Assembly: GCA_023213395.1 (NCBI GenBank)
Contig: CM041465.1
Location: forward strand, 180,551,741 to 180,615,740
Direction: 5' to 3'
Source: Cycas panzhihuaensis
Taxonomy: Eukaryota; Plantae; Cycadophyta
DNA: 64,000 nucleotides
A program made the position numbers and the translations under genes. Of the stretch, positions 53,793 through 64,000 are shown one piece after another. The notes beneath the pieces were generated by a model that ran no database searches, was not told the DNA's origin, and saw nothing but the letters and a program-made list of their open reading frames with translations. Positions within the stretch are counted from its first letter, which is position 1. Every line of letters begins with the position of its first letter.

Positions 53793-55359
53793 TCATATTC
53801 TAGGTTAATAACCTTTACCTCCCCCTTTATCCCCACCATCTCTTGAGGGAGCACTGGACTAGGCTTCTGGGATTCCTCTTCCCTTTACCTCCTTACCCCT
53901 TTTATTTCCACTGGGATACTTGAGGTGCTATCTAGATTTAGATTTTTATCACCCTCCTCTACTCAAGTCTCTACCTTCTTTGTCTCTCCTGGCCAAGATA
54001 AGATGATATACCTAAATCATATATATATTGATCACCATACATTGTCCAATTCATATACCAGATTCTGGTCCTTGCTCCATCCTTCTGTTTCAATCCTTAC
54101 CAAATCTGGGACTCTTTTATCTAATCTAGATAGCACACAAAATCTAGCATTAATCAACCTACTCCTATTTTTAGTGGTATAATCAATAGCCAACAATGGA
54201 CCTATAGCATTTGCCACCCATTTTATAATGTCTAGATACCACACCTATAGTGGAAGCCTAAGCATATAAACCTAAAAAGGGCCTGTTTAACTATAGATAC
54301 TAATGAATCAAAATTTGGATGCCACTTTTCTAAAATACTACTTTCCTACCTAACATCCATGGTGATTTCAAGATAGTACTCATCATATCTTCCTTGTTTA
54401 TAAATCTAAATAAAACACATAACTTCAGAAGAGCCATAACCTCCGCTGGGTTTTAATCTTCCATTTTATTACTAGTCATTTTCTTATAATACTTAGACCC
54501 GCCCTAGGTCTAGAAAACTTCCCTATAAGACTATTCTCCTAATACTTTCTATTTTCTCTATGAATCTCTTTGGAATGGGGATTTTTATTAGTTCATTCTA
54601 GAAGAAAGATCTTCTTAGAGGAGAAAGATGAGTCTAATTAGGAGAGATTTTTTCCTTTCTTTCATATACAAATATGCAAGACAAATCTTTGAAATTCACT
54701 TAGTCTAAAAAAATAAAACATAAAGCTTCTAGAGCTTTTGTACCACTTGCCCATAGATTTACAACTACATGCTTCTTTAATAGCATAAGAATGGTTGTGA
54801 TCCCTACTATTCTTTCAATAGAATTTCCAGAATGATGTTCTGTTTGATGTGACCTCCTCCTTGGTCCTAACCCATAGTCCAGGGTGTAAACCACTATCTC
54901 TATATTACACCTTTATCCTAGTCCTCTTGCACCTCCCTTCCAATGCCTAACTATCCATCCCACCTCTAATATGTAATATCGAGCACCAAGTTTAATACAA
55001 ATTATCCCTACCTAGATTGAATACATCCAAATAGGTGTATTATTTATCTGGCCACTTCTAAGCTAGGGCTTAATCAGGTTTGCTAGTACCCATCTCTCCT
55101 TGAAGGTTTTCCTATCGCCAATTCTTAATCCTTCACACCTTGTACTCCTCCTTAAACTCTATCCTTGTTTAGAGGAAGCATCACCATCTTCGTGGCGTCT
55201 CCCATTCTCATTATATCAAAGTCTATATTTTGTGAGTAGGTCGCTTAATCTCCTGATTAACTCTAAGATTGAGGGTCCTACACTAGCTTTACATCACCCA
55301 TCCTCCCCAATCCATTTGGGGACTCTTCCCCATCTACTACTGCCTCGATCGTCACCCAT
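53793..55359 (-). pseudogene. LINE ORF1 (DUF4283-like plus decayed zinc knuckle); continues at 47740-48158
   Basis: SLIGKF ~54520, KWHPNFD ~54320, IIKWVANAIGPLLAIDYTTKNRSRLINARFCV (54032-54244). The start position is tentative. Confidence 0.72.
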
Positions 55360-55625
55360 TTCAACCAAACCCTAACTACCTCAAAGAAACTCTTTATGTA
55401 GTACCCTCAATAATTTATTATAATTATTTTCTCAATTATCATGACTTCTTCATAACTTTATCCATTGTAACATTTAATTATTAATTTAATAATATATAAA
55501 TATGAACCCATTATAACATTTAATTATCAATTCAATAATATATAAATATTATATCTATAGATAATTTATGTCTTATGATCATGATTGCAACTAGTTTATA
55601 AGCATGACCAACATGGGTCACCTCA

Positions 55626-55760
55626 TAAAACCTGTTATATTTATTGAGGTTGAAGATGTGGTTAATTGTATAAAGAAATATGGGTGTAATCCTAATGAGT
55701 AGTCCTACTAAATAATAAAGGTGGTATCCAAGGAAAGAAAACTATGTAGAAGACCCTTGG
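55626..55760 (+). pseudogene. PPR10/At5g02860-like fragment, right part
   Basis: FIEVEDVVNCIKKYGCNPNE*SY continues the PPR repeat broken at ...TYNVFIVGYSN (18392). Confidence 0.75.
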
Positions 55761-55891
55761 TTATGTAGCACATAGTGTTATGAAAGGTGATCATCTTCAA
55801 TAATTAATCAATCTCTCTAATTATCCATCAAGATATCAACTAATCTATGAAAATTAGTCTGTATCTATATATATATCTATATGTATGTGTA

Positions 55892-55941
<50 letters not shown>

Positions 55942-56081
55942 TATGTATATATGTATATATGTATATATATAATGTTAAAAATAATACCTAATTCTCACTC
56001 ATCCTTTTTTCTAAGTTAAGTGATGAGTCACATATTAGTGTACACACACACACACACACACACACATACACACATATACAA

Positions 56082-59000
56082 TGTTAAAAATAATATCTCA
56101 TTCTCACTTAATTTTTTCTTTGTGTTGATTAATGAGTCGTATTAGGAAGGTCCTCTCATGAGTTGTACTTTCCATTATTTTATCTCACATTTGAGAGCAT
56201 ATATAAGTGTAGTCTCTCTTATGCAAGAGTATGTATGAGTTGTACCTCATTATTCTCCTACTTTTATACTTTATTCTTTGTTTGCACTCTCATTTAATTG
56301 AGGAGTTATCTTACTCTTGTTGATGTAATATAAGGAAATACATGTCGTGATTGAGTCAATACATTGATGTAAGGAGAGTAGGCTATGGTCCTTCACATTT
56401 TGTTGATATCTAATACAAAATTATTTCTTATATCACTTGTGCAAGTATGTTTGAGTTATTACTCTTATTACTTGCTAGTCTTTGCTCTCATTCTCTCATA
56501 TTTCCAACATGGTATTAGAGACCATAGCATATTAAATGCATTTTTTCTAAGTTTCTTCATGCATTATAACCTGTAAGCATATTATTCTTGTAGTGAAAAT
56601 CTTCATTTTTTATTCTTGCAACTTTCAAGTAAATCCACAAGGGTTTTATCAATTAGAAGTGCATCATTCACTATAAGGGCATGTTTAGCAACATTAGACA
56701 TTTTAAATAACTTATTTTTATAGATTTCTTATATGTGGGACTATTTCCAACAAATCTGAGGACCATTTAACATTGATTTATTTATTTTAAATAAGTTATT
56801 TTGGTTTGTATTACCTCAAAATATTAAGGAGGTCGTTAATATTTTCAACCCCATTTCTTGCTCAAAATTTATAAAATTTGGCTTGTTTCTCCTCTAATTT
56901 TCACTATAAATATGTAGGTTAGCTTAATATTGATCTGTTCCTACCTTTAACATAGAAAAGTCACTTTGATTTTGATCAAAATTGATCAAAAATCTTCAAT
57001 GGAGTTGCATGATCAACATTTTAGCGACGATAATTATAATAAGTTAAAAAATCTTTAACATTGACTTGATTTTTAACTTTAATTTTCTTTTCATTAATGT
57101 TTTAGTGATATTAAAGTATATTTCAATCTATTTTAAAGTCCATAACCTTATGTTATTAGCCATTAGTCACATGGTGCGAAGGCTTTAAATTCTGAAAAGG
57201 GAATAAGCACTATAATGCACCCATTCATTGCCTAATTTTAGTGATTTCAATTGCCAAGTTCTTATCTTTAACTGTACTTTTATTCTATAAGTCCAAAATT
57301 ATAATAAGTCCTTATATCCATTAAGTGTCTTTATAAACTCACACCTATAATCTTGGTTTTTTGTATTTTTCTCACCATGTCAAGTGTGAATCCTATTGGT
57401 TATATTTTATTAGATGCATAGAAACTTAATGGTAAGAACTATATAATCTAGAAATTTAAAAAATTTAATATTTTGGAACTTAAAAATTTAAGAAGTTAGT
57501 TGAAGGGAAGGAATTAAAATGGGTTCAAGTGTCCTCTCAAGTTGTAACTAGATGTACATTTTCGACCTCAAGTGTTATAGTAAAAGATGTTAATGATTAG
57601 GAAGTTCAAGATAGAGACACATTGTTAATCATTATAATTTCTATTATTGATTAATATATTACTCATCTTCAAGGTCAGACTTCGTTCATAAATGCATGAC
57701 ATACTCTTAAAGACATGTATGAGACCAAAAACAAACTAGAGTTTTATACCTAAGAAATTTCTTATACTTATATAAGATAATCATAGATGATTCTATCTCT
57801 ATGCACTTACAAAAATGAAAGGATATTAGAGATCGATTGATTGTAATTAATGAGAAGGTAGGTAGAACATAGTGAGCTTATAAGTATATCTCTTAATAGC
57901 CTTCATGAAGGTTATGACATATTTGTAACCAATTTATGTTTGATCGAGAGAGCTTAATCACTTTCTTTTATGAAGTTTGTTGGACTTCTCTTATATGAGG
58001 AGTAATGCATGGGTGGTTATATAGGTAGTAGTTATAGCATGGCTTTATCTTCCTTTAAAAAGAAGCTTCAAATGGGTGCTCCTAAGTAAACTCCATCACT
58101 TTTTCATAACGTGGGTGAATCTAAAAGTAAATCTAAAAAGCATATCACATGCATATATTGTAGTAGAAAATATCACCTTGAAAAGAACCATTTGAAGAAA
58201 AAAAAAAAAAAAAAAAAGCTAGAAAAACTATCACTCTGTCTATAGATGATGAAAAGGTATTTGTATTTAGTGTTTTTTTGGCACTAATGGTACTTGGTAC
58301 ATTAACTTTGGTGCTTTGAACTACATCACTTTCCATAAAGAGTGGTTTAATAAACTCAAAGATAGATATAATAAAACCATTATTCTAGATGATGACAGTC
58401 AACATAAAGTATCTAAATAGGGTACACTCATTCTTAATTAGTTTGGTCATAAAATTAAAATCTCTGATGTGCTATATATACTATATTTTAGACATAACTT
58501 ATTTTTTGTAAGTCGTATGACTAAGCTTAACTTGAAGGTTGTGTTTGATGCTATTAAATATATTATTAAAGATGGTGATCTTGTAATAGGTCAAGGACTT
58601 GAAGAGAATGGTATTTATAAATTCTTTATTATAACTAAGCATATATTTATTATCAAATCACCTAATACATTATGTATGACTTCTATGGTCATTTGAATTA
58701 TCATAGTCTTTAGTTATTGAATAAGTTAAAAGTGGTACATGATTTACCTTTAGTAGATAAATATAATAAAATTTATAGTATATGTATATAAGGAGAGTAG
58801 AATAGGGAGAAATTTATCAAGTCCATATGGTATTCTAAGGATAAATTGGAGTTAGTTCATTCTAACTTGTGTGGACCAATCATACTAGTTTCACTTGGAG
58901 GCAGTGAGTACTTCATGACCTTCATTAATAACTTAACCTGAAGGACTTGAGTCTATCTTTTGAAGAACAAGTCAAAGAAATTTTTAAGATTCAAGGAGTT

Positions 59001-61372
59001 CAAAGCCAAAGTAAAAAACCTCTTTAGGAAGAAGATTAAGTTTCTAAGGAGTGACAATAGAAGTGAGTACTTGTTAACTGAATTCACTACTTTTTACAAG
59101 TATTATGGCATCAAGAGGTAACTGACTACATCTTATATACTACAATAGAATGGTGTGGCCAAAAGGAAAACTCACACCATTATTGAGATAACAAGATATA
59201 TGCTTAAAGCCAAGAATGTCTCTAATGGATTTTATAATGAAGCTATAAATACAACTATGTGCATTACAAACAAAAGTCCAACTTTAGTTATTCAAAATAC
59301 AACACCTAAATAGTCTTAAATGGGAAGGAAATCTTCTATTTATAATCTTTAAGTCTTCAGTTGCACTAATTTTGTTCATATAGCTAATGTAAAGAGACAA
59401 AAGTTTTATGAAAAAAGTCATAATTATATTCTCATTGGGTATAGTGAGTCGATGAAGGAATATAGGCTCTGGGATTCCTTAGAAAGGAAGACTATAATTA
59501 GTAGGGATGTCTTATTTAATAAGTTTGATGAAGGAATTATCTCTAATATAAATATTAATGCTAAAAGTAAAGATGAAATTAATAAAAAGAATGAAGAGAG
59601 TGAGGAAATTCCTATACATATTCCTTCTTCTTAATCTCCTTACAAAAAGTTACCTAAGTGGTATACTTATACCATAAAAGATTTGAAGGTTGATGATATC
59701 AACACTAGTATAGGTGTTTAGACATAAAATAAGGTCAATTTTACCTTGATATTTAATGTTCCAAATATTGATGTACCTAGGTTATTTACTAAATCCAAGG
59801 ATGCACCTCATTGATAAATAATTATGTAGGAGGAGTATGACTCTATTCCAAGGAATGACACATGGTGTCTTATTGAGCTTCCTTCAAGGAGCAGAGCCAT
59901 TGGTTGTAGATGGGTATACAAGGTAAAGTATCAATCAATTAGTTCTATGGATAAATACAAGGCTTGGCTTATAGCTAAGGGTTATATATAGACTGAAGGT
60001 GTGGACTTTGAGGAGATATTTACACTTATAGCTAAAATAAATACCCTATAAATGGCGATTAATCTTACATCTCACTTTAGTTAGGAATTTTACTAAATAG
60101 ATGTTAAGAGTGCTTTCATTCATTACATTCTTGATGAGGAGGTTTACATGTACTAGCTCAAAGGTTTTGTATAGGTTGTTGAGGAGTATCTTATATGCAA
60201 GTTAAAGAAATCATTATGTGGGCTTAAGAAAGAATTAAGGGTATGGTATTCACATATTAATGAGTACTTCATTTCTCATGGATTCATGACATGCAAATTA
60301 AATCATTGCTTATACATTAAACATGAGGATGGTGATATATTTATTGTAATTATCTATGTTGATGACCTTATAATCATTAGTAGTAATACTTGTTAGGTCG
60401 ATTATCTCAAGGAGTAATTTTTCAAAGCTTTTGGGATGTCTAACCTTGATCTTTTGCATTACTTTCTTAGTATGAAAATTTGGAAAAAGGATGACAACAT
60501 TATTATTTCATAGTCCAAGTATGTATATAGTCTTTTAAAATCTTTTTATATGGAGGAATAACTACCCCATTAGAAGTTGGTATAAAATTGACTAAGGAGG
60601 ATGTTGATAGGATTGTTGATCATATTTTATATAGGCATCTAGTGGGTATCCTCATCTACTTCACCAATACTAGGCCTAACATTAGTTATGTTATTAGTGT
60701 TGTAGCTCATTTTAGAAGTTTTCCATCCTTCTCTCATTAGAAGGCAACAAAGCACATACTAAGGTATGTCAAGGGTACTATAAAATTTAGACTCTTATTT
60801 TTTAGAGTTGATGAGTTCAAAGTACATGGTATATAAACTCAGATTAGGTTGAAGATATTACTAATAAGAAATCTACTTTTGGATATGTATTTGTATCTAG
60901 TTTTAGTGTGATTTCTTGGTGTAATATAAAATAAGCTACTATCTCCTTACCTTTTATAGAAGCAGAGTATAAGGCAATGATTACAACTACATGTGAAGTT
61001 ATTTAGCTTAGGAGGCTACTTGGTTATTTTTAGCTTCTACGAGATGATTCTATACTACTATCTTATGATAATTAGGATGTAATTCAACTTTTGAAGAATA
61101 TAGTCTTCCACACTAGGACAAAGTATATGGAAGTTTATTATCACTTTATTTGGGGAAAGGTACAGTATAGAGCAATTGAGTTGGTGTATTATCCAAGTAA
61201 GGACCAACTTGTTGATATTTTCACTAAGCCTTTGAGTCATGAGAATTTTTAGAGGCTTAGGAGGTTTTTATTTATAAGAGATAATGAATTACACATTATG
61301 AGAGGGTGTTAAAAATGACATATAATTCTTACTCATGATTTTCTCTGAGTTGACTAATGAGTCACATTAAGT
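56082..61372 (+). mobile_element. Ty1/copia element, degenerate; 3' LTR truncated
   Basis: 5' LTR 56082-56509, PBS tggtattagag 56510-56520. Domains: KLNGKNY (gag), LELVHSNLCGP (INT), IYVDDLII (RT), QLVDIFTKPL (RH). PPT gagaggg, then a 3' LTR from 61307 that matches for only ~65 bp. Confidence 0.9.
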
Positions 61373-63366
61373 AGTATTAGAAAATAATACACATTTGTCA
61401 CATTAAATGTAATTGGATAAGCAAAAGGTTATATATGCTTAGTCAACATACAATCCAAATATTATTAGATGTAAGGTAAATTATACCACATATGCTAATA
61501 ACACAACTATATATACACATACTAGATGAGATATATTATGAATGATCATTAAAGACCTTAATGGAAATAATATGATGTTGTTTAGTTGTTCTTAGGTTAT
61601 AATGTCCTGTGGTTAATTTTTTAACATAGTATGATATCATTTGTGAGGACGAGGAAGCTAAAATGAGGATATATAATGAGGTGTTATTTGACTAAAGACT
61701 GCCAATTATCATTGTCTTACTTTAAGCTTATTCTATAAGTAAAAAATCTACTCATTTGATTAATTTATTTTCTTTATAATATATTATTGATGCTTGAAGT
61801 TAGTCATTAAGAGTTCATAGCCTTTTAATTTATGAAAACCTATCAAAATCCTATTAAAAGTCTATTTTTATATATCCTTCCCCATTTGTAAAAATGACAA
61901 ACCTATTTCACCCCATTAGACTCCATTCTACATATGCATCTAAGGAATTAAAAAAAACCATCTTGGTCATTTGATTCTATTTTAGTCCATTCAATTCCAT
62001 TTAACATTGTTTCAAATCCATTTTGCTCTATTTAAGACCATTTCTCATCCAATTAGTCTCTAGTGACCCTATCTGCATAATTTCCCTATGTACTAATCTA
62101 TCTTTAGAAAATTAGTTATTGTTGAATGACCTACTCTAAATCATGCTTCTACTATATGTTTATGAGTTGTGTAACTATGAACCTATAAATTGAAGATATC
62201 TGAACCTCATCTATATACACCTTGATCCATTTGACCATGGTATCTATGACCTCCTAGCTCTATGATCTATCATGACCATTGTGAGTACCCACTGAAGTAT
62301 GAACTTACTCGGTCAATATGTATGATCTCATCCATTGATTCATTGACCCTCTATCTACCTACTATTCATATGAGAAGTGTAAAACCCTACTGCATAGTGT
62401 GGCATCTCTAAAGTGATCCATGTGATGAAGCCATCATCACCAACTACTAAACTCCATGTTGTAATTGTGAAGCTAATTATATACACCTTATTATGAAGTG
62501 AAGTCCATGTATGTGGAATACAAGCATGTGAGTCACAAGAAGTCCTCCTTTGTAATGTACTCATGGCATTGCTTAGCATAAATACATTTTCCTCAACATC
62601 AAGCTCTATAGATTTATAAAGATTTTTTATCTTTTTTAATGGATTTATCACTATACTTTGCATATAGTTTATTAATTAACAAGCATGTATATTTATGATT
62701 TTTAACTTTGGGTTATATTTTTTCCCCAAAAGTTTTATTTTATTAAGCTAAATTGGAATCTAGTTTAAGGTCCATTAACAACACTACCATACTCCCCCTG
62801 ATTGCATGTAACTTCAATGTAACCAACCACTAAACAACAAAGGGTCTAAAGACCTAAAATCATTTTTTGGATCAATTTTTAAGGTACTTATACTCTTCTG
62901 ATCATAACTTTACAACCATGAGTCGAATTTATGAATTATTTAAACTATTGGAATCATTATTCAGAGTTGGTCATTTTGACATATGATTTCAAGAAATTTG
63001 GAGCTATTTTAATTGTGAAAATTTTAATTAAAGTTGACACTTCATTTTGGAACACAATATAGTAGCTAATAAAGAAACTTTTTTATGAACATTTGATGAT
63101 TATCTTGATGTATTTTTGAGAAACATTTTATGAACATTAAAGTTCAATTTTTATCCCTAGGGAAAGTTTATTTTAAACCCTAGTAATGGCCTAATTAAAC
63201 TCATTAATTAAAATTTTAAAAGAGGTAGAAGGTAGTCCCATTTTGTTAGAGCATGTGACTTAATCATGCATATAATGTTTAATGTTAGTGAGATGTACAT
63301 ATATATAATCCTATCATTCACATATATTAAGATATATGAGCTTCATACATATCTATATTAAGATAC

Positions 63367-64000
63367 TATTGGATGATGTAAAGGCTTAAAAAATATGATA
63401 GGCTACTCATGAGGTAAATCTTGATATAAACATATACACACACCACTTCAGAACTTGAAAAAAGTCTATGTCTTGGAGATGTAATTATTATGATCATTAA
63501 GATGAGTCCTAGATCTATCTTTTCCTATTATTTTTTTTTAACACTAGGTTTTCTACATATAAATTAGTTATCTCTTGTGTGATGAATGTTCTTGATTGTT
63601 TTTTATATGCTTGATGTGTTATTTACTTTATGTTTATGTTGATTCCTTAATATGTGTACATAACCCATGAGATAATTCTGCTATTATACTTGCATCTTAT
63701 AATTTTATTATGTTACTCTGCATTTCTAATATGGTATTAGAGTGCAATTATAAATTCCAATAAATTGAAGGGATAAGTGATGAATATCCTAATTTGAAAT
63801 GATGTATGGGTTTGATTGTGCTTGCTCTTAGTACTTCTTATTATGATTGTGATTAATTTACATTTATGGTGGTTGATTTACAAAACTTGGTTGCTCATTT
63901 ATATTTATAATGGATTCCTCATTGTCATCACTCTCTACTCTAAATTTGTTGGTACTTTCTAATTTTAATGGATGAAATTATTTGATATGGTCAAGAAGAA
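63367..64000 (+). mobile_element. Probable 5' LTR (~63367-63731), Met PBS and leader of another LTR element, running off the right edge
   Basis: tattgg...tctaata (decayed TG..CA) followed by tggtattagag at 63732-63742. The LTR start is tentative. Confidence 0.55.

Larger units (their letters stand above)
21708..55461 (-). mobile_element. Full-length L1-clade LINE (~6.5 kb reconstructed), interrupted by four LTR elements
   Basis: (AAAT)n-type tail at 21709-21727 and a 15-bp TSD ccattgtaacattta (21693-21707 / 55462-55476). ORF1, endonuclease, RT, zf-RVT and RNase H remnants occur in the correct order on the minus strand. Confidence 0.88.

Noticed and set aside
54600-54900. AT-rich segment within LINE ORF1 that might be a captured gene piece
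   Set aside because: No identifiable homology or boundaries; could be diverged ORF1.
61380-63360. Possible further LTR-element remnant (ctccccc at ~62792, short degenerate repeats ~62200-62350)
   Set aside because: No paired LTR, PBS or coding motif to define it.

Overview
Plant nuclear DNA made almost entirely of old, decayed retroelements. The Tat-type elements and the heavy C>T/G>A decay suggest a large-genome plant, possibly a gymnosperm (inference only). No intact host gene, RNA gene or CRISPR array is visible. The core is a resolvable nest. A PPR10/At5g02860-like PPR gene fragment (17836-18392 + 55626-55760) is split by a gag-only LTR element (18393-55625). That element's 3' LTR holds a full-length, RNase H-bearing L1 LINE (21708-55461, minus strand, 15-bp TSD). 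The LINE in turn carries four LTR insertions, each with a TSD: a 15.1-kb Tat-like element (21843-36966), two chromovirus-type Ty3/gypsy elements (38551-44741 +, 48164-53787 -) and a 323-bp TRIM (44767-45089). The flanks hold Ty1/copia elements and fragments plus a second Tat-like relative (~3100-11136, minus). The most unusual signal is the Tat-like pair: Gag-protease, an archaeal-type RNase H (aRH) and an antisense ORF (spliced and PMD-containing in the complete copy), with no recognisable RT or integrase. The aRH block sits at different positions in the two relatives. All alignments and counts were done by eye.
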